This document shows, in pieces, positions 1 to 13,100 of a DNA stretch of 64,000 bases (its first letter is position 1; each line of letters begins with the position of its first letter). The position numbers and the translations under genes were made by a program. Source of the stretch: Mustelus asterias (taxonomy: Eukaryota); NCBI RefSeq assembly GCF_964213995.1, contig NC_135801.1, positions 124,372,001 to 124,436,000 on the forward strand. The letters are read 5' to 3'. The notes under the pieces are model-generated. The model ran no database searches. It was not told where the DNA came from and was given only the letters and a program-made list of their open reading frames with translations.

Positions 1-1022
1 GAATTGAGAATCAGAAAACAACCAGAAATATGAAAAATTCTGATCATACCGGAAGCAAGGTTTAATCCAACACATGCGTGCCATAATATAATTTATCTTT
101 TCACAAGACACAAGAAATAGGAGGATGACTTAAATCATACAGCCCAACAAGCCCGTCCCACCATCCAAAACAACCATGGCTAATCTTGGGCTTCAACTCC
201 ACTTCTCAATCTTCTTCCCATTTCCCTCGATTCACTGAGAAACAAAAATCTGTCTATCTCAGCTTTAAATGCGATGAATGATGAAGCTTACACAAACCAA
301 TGGATACAGAATTGCAAAGATTCACAACCATGTGACTGAAGAAATTTCTCCTCATCTCAGACCTAAATATTCGCCCCTTTGCCATGAGAATGTGCCCTAT
401 GTTCAAGATTGCCCAGACAGCAGAACAGCACTTCTTTCCCCATCTGCACTGACATTCCACCCATACCAAACACATGACTCAGTATCGATTCCTCATCGCA
501 ATCCATCCTCCATTTCTCACTCTTTGTTCCACTGAACAAAATATTGTTTCACAGGCCTCCTCATGGCAAAAGCACACTGTACTGTTGATGTTTCCTATTT
601 GCACAATATGTAGACAAGGAAATAATATGAACCACATATCCTCATTTGCAACCTGAACAATGACACCAGATTACTGGAATATATCCGGGTGCATTTTTCT
701 GCTTTTGTCATTGCACCGAGAGACAGGTGCAACGCACAAGGGAAAAGGGAACCAAAGGAGTAACATTGGTCTTGTTTGGAAATGTGAAACGGCAGCCTGT
801 TTGACAACATGCTTCACTTTCTTTAACATTGAAATCAATAGAAACATTGTTGGCACAATGAAAATTGCTTTCACCCTGACCATATAAACAATGCAATTCT
901 TTTTACATATAAATAAAAGGCAATATAGAGAGAGATTGTTAATAAAATGACTTTCACAGAAATAATATGAACATCCTAAAACAAAAACTTAACGGGGTTG
1001 GCATCTCATCCTTCTCACTTAC

Positions 1023-1129
1023 AGCTTTGTGTCCTGCACCCTTTCAGGGAATATCCTGACACAACGTTGGGTAAATCATTTTTAACAGTCGGTTCCCCTG
1101 ACGCGGTCATCTTCAAATAACAATAAAAT
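1023..1129 (-). CDS. Apple A3, second half
   Basis: Third copy, splice sites intact. Confidence 0.92.
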
Positions 1130-4100
1130 CTGAAAGAAAACAAAAGGTAGAAGATAGTTAATGTGAAGTTTTGGAATGTAAAGTTAGTGCAGGATAGTTA
1201 AATCTGTGCTGCTGCTTTGGGAAAACATTGAGATTGGTTTTGTGGAGGGATGAGGTCAAAAGGTTATTCCTCATCCAAATCCATCTAATTCAATCCATTG
1301 GTTTGGAAACCACTTGGTCAAATCGCAGGGTAGAGGTTGGGATTTGATCACCAGTTATCTACAGAATGTCTAATCCCGGTCAAAATGTGTTTCTGTTGGT
1401 TGGAGTCATAACCTTGCAGTGATGAGGTGGAAATGATTCTTCATTCATTTTCAATCCAGAAATAGAGTATCACAGGGAAGGAGGTTGTTGCCCTGACCTG
1501 GGTTATCATAATCTCACCAAAGTTTATGAGCACTGCATTTAGATCTTCAAGGGACTGAATCCAAACATTGATTTTTACACTTTGGTTTTGTTCAATGATA
1601 CCTTGTTTACAATACATGTACTTTTTAACCAAATGCTCAAATTTAATTCACAGACCACAAACATTCCTCTGCTGATAACCTCATTCAGAATATCTGTTTA
1701 ATGGTTTAATGGCAACAAATTGTACTGGCATGATTTAGATTTTAATAGCATCAGGACAACAACAACAATCAATGATTGAGGGAATAGAAGAATGTTTGTT
1801 TACTGGACCATTGTGAGGAACTGCTCCAATTCCAATCAGAATGTCTCTTTCAGGATGGGATTTGCCTTGGACTAAACCTGATATAATCACTCCATATTCC
1901 AATTAAACGTCTGAATGAAGCAGTTACAGATTTACCTTCGGTTGTCGGTGTTCCAATCTCTTGTTAAAAAAGTGAAAAATTGACATTGGCTCTTCTCGGT
2001 ACACACTTTTTGACAGTAATTGGCGTCTGGAGCAAGGACCGATTCAATGTCATTTCCAGGAAAATCGATGTTTGATACCAGACCACATACACATCCTGCA
2101 ATAAAACACTTTTGTATCAATAATCTATTTGTCAGAAATGTTTATTAAAGGAGGTTAGGGTGGCTCCAATTCATCCCACTTCTATGTTCATACCCCATAG
2201 CACCGCAAACCTTTCCTTTCCAAGTATCCATCCATTCTGTTGTGAAATTCATTCTTGAATCCACTTCCTCCAAATTGTTAGGCTTTGCGATTCAGGTTGC
2301 AACATTTCACTGCATCATTTGTTTTACTCATGATTCCTCAGGTTCTTTTTACCAATCAGCAGAAATCTATGCCCTGTGGTTACCATCCCTTCTGCCAATG
2401 GACACATCAAAACCATTTCAGCTCCCGCTCACACACAGACACGCAACACATCTCCCCACCTTCTCCCAGGAGAAAAGAATTGCATTCAACTACAATTACG
2501 AAATGTGAAACCAGAAAAGAAATCAAAATGAACTTGCAAAGCAGTTAAATAATGGATCTTATATCTCATTTCAACTTCTCTGCCCCTCCCCATATTACTG
2601 ATCCTGTGACAGACCTAATATCGATCAATCTCCGACATGAATATAATCAATGATGGAGCGTCCACAACTCGATGAGGAAGAGAATTCCAAAAATTCACAA
2701 TTCTAGTTTCCGGGCCAGGAGAATCTTCCTCTGCTCCACTCACATTGTTGTTGGATGTTGACCACCAGAATCATTCAACACCTCCACTCGCTAACATAAA
2801 TAACGGCCAGAAATTATTGTGTGTGCTGTAGTTTCGTCCTCGTGAATTTCATTTAACAAATGTGTAAATTTATTTATAAGCAGTAATTTACACGCATTAC
2901 ACAGAGAAAAAGTCTTTCTCTTTTGAAAAATATGGACATTAATTACCTTGAATGAATTTATCAATTAACTATAATTAGCAATCAATTAGCAAGAAACTAC
3001 AAAGGGTCGTGAATGAAACACAGTCCGTCACGCAAACCGGCCTCCCGTCCGTTGACTCTGTCTACACTTCCCGCTGCCTCGGAAAAATAGCCAGCATAAT
3101 TAAGGACTCCACTTACCCCGAACATACTCTCCTCCATCTTCCGTCGGGAAAACGTTACAAAAGTCTGAGGTCACATACCAACTAACTCAAGAACACTTTC
3201 TTCCCTGCTGCTGTCAAACTTTTGAATGGACCTACCTCGTATTGAGTTGATCTTATTCGACACCCTAGCTATGACTGTAACACTACATTCTGCACTCTCT
3301 CTTTTCCTTTTCCATGAACGGTATGCTTTGTCTGCATAGCACGCCACAAACAATACTTTTCACTGTTTACTAATACATATGACAATAATAAATCAAATCA
3401 AATCAAATCAAATTAGCTCCCCTATCAGGTCACACAGTATCTCCTTTACTGGAGAACTGTTGCCAGAAGCAACAAAGATGGAGGAAAGTATTCTGCTGGA
3501 AATTTGTATTGATTGTCAGCTTCTACATCAAGGTTTTATCAATCAAAAGAAAAAAAACTCATTTTGGATTTACCAGAGTTATTGTGTCCACATTCCCTTA
3601 AAGAAAATCCAGATACAACATTCTGAAGAATATTTATTCTTGGTGGAGTTCCTCTTTCACTCTTTTTGCGGTAGCAGATGTAACTAGAAAGAATCACAGA
3701 AACGAGTGGTTTTGAATTATTTACAAAATCATTAACCGTCCTCTGATTCTGCAGCTATTCCCCATTGCTGATATTGGGTGAATTTAATTCTGAGTTGGTC
3801 CTGTTCACTAAGGAGTTGTATTTATTCCTCGCAGACACCCCCTGAGTTACAATAAACATTGAGACTAAAACAATTACAGATGAAGGATTTTAGGATGCGC
3901 TCATCTATTTGAAAGACTTTATTTCCTTGTCGAAACTAAGTTACTTGAATAACTGACTCACTGCTGTTTTTGATTGTGATATTCTCCTTTTACGAAGGTG
4001 AAAAATTGACAGTCAGGTTCCTCTGTACATTTTCTTTGACAACTGTGTTCATCCTCCACAACAGACTGATGAAAGTCATTTCCCGGAAAGTCCAAACCAT

Positions 4101-7100
4101 CATAAATGCTTTTAAAACAGGCTAAAAAACATGGGAAGAGGAATTGAGAACCAGAAAACAACCAGAAATATGAAAAATTCTGATCATACCGGAAGCAAGG
4201 TTTAATCCAACACATGCGTGCCATAATATAATTTATCTTTTCACAAGAACACAAGAAATAGGAGGATGACTTAAATCATACAGCCCAACAAGCCCGTTCC
4301 ACCATCCAATACAACCATGGCTAATCTTGGGCTTCAACTCCACTTCTCAATCTTCTTCACATTTCCCTCGATTCACTGAGAAACAAAAATCTGTCTATCT
4401 CAGCTTTAAATGCGATGAATGATGAAGCTTACACAAACCAATGGATACAGAATTGCAAAGATTCACAACCATGTGACTGAAGAAATTTCTCCTCATCTCA
4501 GACCTAAATATTCGCCCCTTTGCCCTGAGAATGTGCCCTATGTTCAAGATTGCCCAGACAGCAGAACAGCACTTCTTTCCCCCTCTGCACTGACATTCCA
4601 GCCATACCAAACACATGACTCAGTATCGATTCCTCATCGCAATCCATCCTCCATTTCTCACTCTTTGTTCCACTGAACTGTGAAATATTGTTTCACAGGC
4701 CTCCTCATGGCAAAAGCACACTGTACTGTTGATGTTTCCTATTTGCACAATATGTAGACAAGGAAATAATATGAACCACATCATAGAATCATAGAAACCC
4801 TACAGTGCAGAAGGAGGCCAGTCGGCCCATCGAGTCTGCACCGACCACAATCCCACCCAGGCCCTACCCGCTAACCCCTTTTTTTTTTACCCGCTAATTT
4901 ACCCGCTAATCCCTCTAACCTACGCTTCCCAGGACTCTGAGGGGCAATTTTTAGCCTGGCCAATCAACCTAACCCGCACATCTTTGGACTGTGGGAGGAA
5001 ACCGGAGCACCCGGAGGAAACCCACGCAGACACAAGGAGAATGTGCAAACTCCACACAGACAGTGACCCGAGCCGGGAATCGAACCCGAGACCCTGGAGC
5101 TGTGAAGCAGCAGTGCTAACCACTGTGCTTCCGTGTCGCCCCATATCCTAATTTGCAACCTGGACAATGTCACCAGATTACTGGAATATATTGCACCGAG
5201 AGATAGGTGCAACACACAAGGGAAAATGGAACCAAAGGAGTAACCTTGGTCTTGTTTGGAAATGTGAAACGGCAGCCTGTTTGACAACGTGCTTCACTTT
5301 CTTTAACATTGAAATCAATAGAAACATTGTTGGCACAATGAAAATTGCTCTCACCCTGACCATATAAACAATGCAATTCTTTTTACATATAAATAAAAGG
5401 CAATATAGAGAGGGATTGTTAATAAAATGACTTTCACAGAAATAATATGAACATCCTAAAACAAAAACTTAACGGGGTTGGCAACACATTCTTCTCACTT
5501 ACAGCTTTGTGTCCTGCACCCTTTCAGGGAATATCCTGACACAACGTTGGGTAAATTATTTTTAACAGTCGGTTCCCCTGACGCGGTCATCTTCAAATAA
5601 CAATAAAATCTGAAAGAAAACAAAAGGTAGAAGATAGTTAATGTGAAGTTTTGGAATGTAAAGTCAGTGCAGGATAGTTAAATCTGTGCTGCTGCTTTGG
5701 GAAAACATTGAGATTGGTTTTGTGGAGGGATGAGGTCAAAAGGTTATTCCTCATCCAAATCCATCTAATTCAATCCATTGGTTTGGAAACCACTTGGTCA
5801 AATCGCAGGGTAGAGATTGGGATTTGATCACCAGTTATCTACAGAATGTCTAATCCCGGTCAAAATGTGTTTCTGTTGGTTGGAGTCATAACCTTGCAGT
5901 GATGAGGTGGAAATTATTCTTCATTCATTTTCAATCCAGAAATAGAGTATCACAGGGAAGGATGTTGTTGCCCTGACCTGGGTTATCATAATCTCACCAA
6001 AGTTTATGAATACTGGCATTTAGATCTTCAAGGGACTGAATCCAAACATTGATTTTTACACTTTGGTTTTGTCCAATGATACCTTGTTTACAATACATGT
6101 ACTTTTTAACCAAATGCTCAAATTTAATTCACAGACCACAAACATTCCTCTGCTGATAACCTCATTCAGAATATCTGTTTCATGGTTTAATGGCAACAAA
6201 TTGTACTGGCATGATTTAGATTTTAATAGCATCCGGACAACAACAACAATCAATGATTGAGGGAATAGAAGAATGTTTGTTTACTGGACCATTGTGAAGA
6301 ACTGCTCCAATTCCAATCAGAATGTCTCTTTCAGGATGGGATTTGCCTTGGACTAAACCTGATATAATCACTCCATATTCCAGTTAAACATCTGAATGAA
6401 GCAGTTACAGATTTACCTTCGGTTGTCAGTGTTCCAATCTCTTGTTAAAAAAGTGAAAAATTGACATTGGCTCTTCTCGGTACACACTTTTTGACAGTAA
6501 TTGGCGTCTGGAGCAAGGACCAATTCAATGTCATTTCCAGGAAAATCAATGTTTGATACCAGACCACATACACATCCTGCAATAAAACACTTTTGTATCA
6601 ATAATCTATTTGTCAGAAATGTTTATTAAAGGAGGTTAGGGTGGCTCCAATTCATCCCACTTCTATGTTCATACCCCGTAGCACCGCAAACCTTTCCTTT
6701 CCAAGTATCCATCCATTCTGTTGTGAAATTCATTCTTGAATCCACTTCCTCCAAATTGTTAGGCTTTGCGATTCAGGTTGCAACATTTCACTGCATCATT
6801 AGCTTTACTCATGATTCCTCAGGTTCTTTTTACCAATCAGCAGAAATCTATGCCCTGTGGTTACCATCCCTTCTGCCAATGGGCACATCAAAACCATTTC
6901 AGCTCCCGCTCACACACAGACACACAACACATCTCCCCACCTTCTCCCAGGAGAAAAGAATTGCATTCAACTACAATTACGAAATGTGAAACCAGAAAAG
7001 AAATCAAAATGAACTTGCAAAGCAGTTAAATAATGGATCTTATATCTCATTTCAACTTCTCTGTCCCTCCCCATATTATTGATCCTGTGACAGATCAAAT

Positions 7101-10100
7101 ATCTATCAATCTCCAACATGAATATAATCAATGATGGAGCGTCCACAACTCGATGAGGAAGAAAATTCCAAAAATTCACAATTCTAGTTTCCGGGCCAGG
7201 AGAATCTTCCTCTGCTCCACTCACAATGTTGTTGGATGTTGACCACCAGAATCATTCAACACCTCCACTCGCTAACTTAAAAAACGGCCAGAAATTATTG
7301 TGCGTGCTGTAGTTTCGTCCTCGTGAATTTCATTTAACAAATGTGTAAATTTATTTATAAGCAGTAATTTACACGCATTACACAGAGAAAAAGTCTTTCT
7401 CTTTTGAAAAATATGGACATTATTTACATTGAATGAATTTATCAATTAACTACAATTAGTAATCAATTAGCAAGAAACTACAAAGGGTCGTGAATGAAAC
7501 ACAGTCCGTCACGCAAACCGGCCTCCCGTCCGTTAACTCTGTCTACACTTCCCGCTGCCTCGGAAAAATACCCAGCATAATTAAGGACTCCACTTACCCC
7601 GAACATACTCTCCTCCACCTCCTTCCATCGGGAAAAAGTTACAAAAGTCTGAGGTCACATACCAACTAATTCAAGAACAGTTTCTTCCCTGCTGCTGTCA
7701 AACTTTTGAATGGACCTACCTCGTATTGAGTTGATCTTATTCGACACCCTAGCTATGACTGTAACACTACATTCTGCACTCTCTCTTTTCCTTTTCTATG
7801 AACAGTGTGCTTTGTCTGCATAGTGCGCCACAAATAATACTTTTCACTGTTTACTAATACATATGACAATAATAAATGAAATCAAATCAAATCAAATTAG
7901 CTCCCTATCAGGTCTCACAGTATCTCCTTTACTGGAGAACTTTTGCCAGAAGCAACAAAGATGGAGGAAAGTATTCTGCTGGAAATTTGTATTGATTGTC
8001 AGCTTCTACATCAAGGTTTTATCACTCAAAAGAAAAAAAACTCATTTTGGATTTACCAGAGTTATTGTGTCCACATTCCCTTAAAGAAAATCCAGATACA
8101 ACATTCTGAAGAATATTTATTCTTGATGGAGTTCCTCTTTCACTCTTTTTGCGGTAGCAGATGTAACTAGAAAGAATCACAGAAACGAGTGGTTTTGAAT
8201 TATTTACAAAATCATTAACCGTCCTCGGATTCTGCAGCTATTCCCCATTGCTGATATTGGGTGAATTTAATTCTGAGTTGGTCCTGTTCACTAAGGAGTT
8301 GTATTTATTCCTCGCAGACACCCCCTGAGTTACAATAAACATTGAGACTAAAACGATTACAGGTGAAGGATTTTAGGATGCGCTCATCAATTTGAAAGAC
8401 TTTATTTCCTTGTCGAAACTAAGTTACTTGAATAACTGACTCACTGCTGTTTTTGATTGTGATATTCTCCTTTTACGAAGGTGAAAAATTGACAGTCAGG
8501 TTCCTCTGTACATTTTCTTTGACAACTGTGTTCATCCTCCACAACAGACTGATGAAAGTCATTTCCCGGAAAGTCCAAACCATCATAAATGCTTTTAAAA
8601 CAGGCTAAAAAACATGGGAAGAGGAATTGAGAACCAGAAAACAACCAGAAATATGAAAAATTCCGATCATACCGGAAGCAAGGTTTAATCCAACACATGC
8701 TTGCCAAAATATAATTTATCTTTTCACAAGAACACAAGAAATAGGAGGATGACTTAAATCATACAGCCCAACAAGCCCGTTCCACCATCCAATACAACCA
8801 TGGCTAATCTTGGGCTTCAACTCCACTTCTCAATCTTCTTCCCATTTCCCTCGATTCACTGAGAAACAAAAATCTGTCTATCTCAGCTTTAAATGCAATG
8901 AATGATGAAGCTTACACAAACCAATGGATACAGAATTGCAAAGATTCACAACCATGTGACTGAAGAAATTTCTCCTCATCTCAGACCTAAATATTCGCCC
9001 CTTTGCCCTGAGAATGTGCCCTATGTTCAAGATTGCCCAGACAGCAGAACAGCACTTCTTTCCCCCTCTGCACTGACATTCCAGCCATACCAAACACATG
9101 ACTCAGTATCGATTCCTCATCGCAATCCATCCTCCATTTCTCACTCTTTGTTCCACTGAACTGTGAAATATTGTTTCACAGGCCTCCTCATGGCAAAAGC
9201 ACACTGCACTGTTGATGTTTCCTTTTTGCACAATGTGAAGACAAGGAAATAATATGAACCACATCATAGAATCATAGAAACCCTACAGTGCAGAAGGAGG
9301 CCATTCGGCCCATCGAGTCTGCACCGACCACAATCCCACCCAGGCCCTACCCGCTAATCCCTTTTTTTTTTTACCCGCTAATTTACCCGCTAATCCCTCT
9401 AACCTACGCTTCCCAGGACTCTAAGGAGCAATTTTTAACCTTGCCAATCAACCTAACCCGCACATCTTTGGACTGTGGGAGGAAACCGGAGCACCCGGAG
9501 GAAACCCACGCAGACACGAGGAGAATGTGCAAACTCCACACAGACAGTGACCCGAGCCGGGAATCGAACCCGAGACCCTGGAGCTGTGAAGCAGCAGTGC
9601 TTACCACTGTGCTTCCGTGTCGCCCCATATCCTAATTTGCAACCTGGACAATGTCACCAGATTACTGGAATATATTGCACCGAGAGATAGGTGCAACACA
9701 CAAGGGAAAATGGAACCAAAGGAGTAACCTTGGTCTTGTTTGGAAATGTTAAACGGCAGCCTGTTTGACAACGTGCTTCACTTTCTTTAACATTGAAATC
9801 AATAGAAACATTGTTGGCACAATGAAAATTGCTCTCACCCTGACCATATAAACAATGCAATTCTTTTTACATATAAATAAAAGGCAATATAGAGAGGGAT
9901 TGTTAATAAAGTGTCTTTCACAGAAATAATCTGAACATCCTAAAACAAAAACTTAACAGGGTTGGCAACACATCCTTCTCACTTACAGCTTTGTGTCCTG
10001 CACCCTTTCAGGGAATATCCTGACACAACGTTGGGTAAATCATTTTTAACAGTCGGTTCCCCTGACGCGGTCATCTTCAAATAACAATAAAATCTGAAAG

Positions 10101-13100
10101 AAAACAAAAGGTAGAAGATAGTTAATGTGAAGTTTTGGAATGTAAAGTCAGTGCAGGATAGTTAAATCTGTGCTGCTGCATTGGGAAAACATTGAGATTG
10201 GTTTTGTGGAGGGATGAGGTCAAAAGGTTATTCCTCATCCAAATCCATCTAATTCAATCCATTGGTTTGGAAACCACTTGGTCAAATCGCAGGGTAGAGG
10301 TTGGGATTTGATCACCAGTTATCTACAGAATGTCTAATCCCGGTCAAAATGTGTTTCTGTTGGTTGGAGTCATAACCTTGCAGTGATGAGGTGGAAATTA
10401 TTCTTCATTCATTTTCAATCCAGAAATAGAGTATCACAGGGAAGGATGTTGTTGCCCTGACCTGGGTTATCATAATCTCACCAAAGTTTATGAATACTGG
10501 CATTTAGATCTTCAAGGGACTGAATCCAAACATTGATTTTTACACTTTGGTTTTGTCCAATGATACCTTGTTTACAATACACGTACTTTTTAACCAAATG
10601 CTCAAATTTAATTCACAGACCACAAACATTCCTCTGCTGGTAACCTCATTCAGAATATCTGTTTAATGGTTTAATGGCAACAAATTGTACTGGCATGATT
10701 TAGATTTTAATAGCATCAGGACAACAACAACAATCAATGATTGAGGGAATAGAAGAATGTTTGTTTACTGGACCATTGTGAGGAACTGCTCCAATTCCAA
10801 TCAGAATGTCTCTTTAAGGATGGGATTTGCCTTGGACTAAACAAAGAACAAAGAACAGTACAGCACAGGAAACAGGCCCTTCGGCCCTCCAAGCCTGTGC
10901 CGCTCCTTGGTCCAACTAGACCAATCGTTTGTATCCCTCCATTCCCAGGCTGCTCATGTGACTATCCAGGTAAGTCTTAAACGATGTCAGCGTGCCTGCC
11001 TCCACCACCCTACTTGGCAGCGCATTCCAGGCCCCCACCACCCTCTGTGTAAAAAACATCCCTCTAATATCTGAGTTATACTTCGCCCCTCTCACCTTGA
11101 GCCCGTGACCCTCGTGAACGTCACTTCTGATCTGGGAAAAAGCTTCCCACCGTTCACCCAATCTCTCCCCTTCATAATCTTGTACACCTCTGTTAGATCT
11201 CCCCTCATTCTCCGTCTTTCCAGGGAGAACAAGCCCAGTTTACCCAATCTCTCCTCATAGCTAAGACCCTCTATACCAGGCAACATCCTGGTAAACTTTC
11301 TCTGCACTCTCTCTAACGCCTCCACGTCCTTCTGGTAGTGCGGCGACCAGAACTGGACGCAGTACTCCAAATGTGGCCTAACCAGCATTCTATACAGCTG
11401 CATCATCAGACTCCAGCTTTTATACTCTATACCCCGTCCTATAAAGGCAAGCATACCATATGCCTTCTTCACCACCTTCTCCACCTGTGTTGCCACCTTC
11501 AAGGATTTGTGGACTTGCACACCTAGGTCCCTCTGTGTTTCTATACTCCTGATGACTCTGCCATTTATTGTATAACTCCTCCCTACATTATTTCTTCCAA
11601 AATGCATCACTTCGCATTTATCCGGATTAAACTCCATCTGCCACCTCTCCGCCCAATTTTCCAGCCTATCTATACCCTGCTGTATTGCCCGACAATGCTC
11701 TTCGCTATCCGCAAGTCCAACCTGATATAATCACTCCATATTCCAGTTAAACATCTGAATGAAGCAGTTACAGATTTACCTTCGGTTGTCAGTGTTCCAA
11801 TCTCTTGTTAAAAAGGTGAAAAATTGACATTGGCTCTTCTCGGTACACACTTTTTGACAGTAATTGGCGTCTGGAGCAAGGACCGATTCAATGTCATTTC
11901 CAGGAAAATCGATGTTTGATACCAGATCACATACACATCCTGCAATAAAATTTGATTAATTACTTTTGTTTCAATAATCTATTTATCAATAATGTTTATT
12001 AAAGGTGCTTGGGCCCAATTAGTCCCACATAAAGTTTAAAGTGTAATTATTATTGTCACAAGTAGGCTTGCATTAACACTTCAATGAGGTTACTCTGAAC
12101 ATCCCCTCGTCGCCACAGTCCGGCACCTGTTCGGGTCAATGCACCTAACCAGGACGTCTTTCGGACTGTGGGAGGAAACTGGAGCACCCGGAGGAAACCC
12201 ATCCAGACACGGGGAGAATGTGCAAACTCCACACAGACATTGACCAAAGCCGAAACTGAACCTGAGTCCCTGGCACTGTGAGGCAGCTTTGCTAACCATT
12301 ATGCCACGCCACCAGTGTGCTACCATGCCACCCCAAGTATGTTTCCACCACACTGTCAATTCTTCCTTTTCAAATATTTGTCTAGCTCCCTTTTTTGGAG
12401 GGTATTGTGGAATCTGCTTCCACCACCCAATGCAATCCAGATCACAACTCATTGCGTTATGTTTTTCTTTCTGTGATTCTTCTGTTCCTTTACTTTAATC
12501 CACGTCCTCTGGTTTCTGATCCCTCCGTCACTGGAAACATCAACATTTCCATATTCTCCTCAACACCTTTCAAGATATTAATAAATGATAAAACAAATAC
12601 AAAAATAACAAAATTATATTCTTCAGCTTGTAACAGGATAAAGAACAGGATGAACAGAAATAAATTTATTTGCAAAAACCGGGCTACCTCGGCCTTTACC
12701 TGGTCTGGCATACATGTGACTCCAGATCCACAGCAATGTGGTTGACTCTTAAATGCCCTCTGAAATGGCCTAGGAAGCCACTCAATCATATCAAACCATT
12801 AAAAGGTTTCAAAGGAACGAAACCAGATGGACCAGGGTGAACCTAACTCGAAACGTTGGCTCTATTCTCTCTCCACAGATGCTGTCAGACCTGCTGAGAT
12901 TTTCCAGCATTTTCTGCTTTTGTTACTTATAGTAAGAAGTTTAACAACACCAGGTTAAAGTCCAACAGGTTTATTTGGTAGCAAAAGCCACACAAGCTTT
13001 CGAGGCTCTGAGCCCCTTCTTCAGGTGAGTGGGAATTCTGTTCACAAACAGAACTTATAAGACACAGACTCAATTTACATGAATAATGGTTGGAATGCGA

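Larger units (their letters stand above)
1..12050. repeat. Intragenic tandem segmental repeat, period about 4.48 kb (4.14 kb without the SINE, 5.36 kb with the CR1 insertion)
   Basis: Position 1 aligns with 4141; exon offsets 1936->6417 (4481), 3962->8445 (4483), 6417->11780 (5363); introns nearly identical between copies. Confidence 0.97.

Noticed and set aside
254-900. Repeated short ORFs (MCLVW.., MMKLTQ.., MHCLYG..)
   Set aside because: Intronic, partly decayed CR1-like sequence. They recur only because of the tandem unit and are disrupted by indels between copies.
2720-2920. Possible extra apple half-exon (..TIISGRYLC*) with a GTGAG-like donor
   Set aside because: In-frame stop, no CYxK motif and not conserved in frame in the second unit. 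The true B second-half exon is at 3574-3683.
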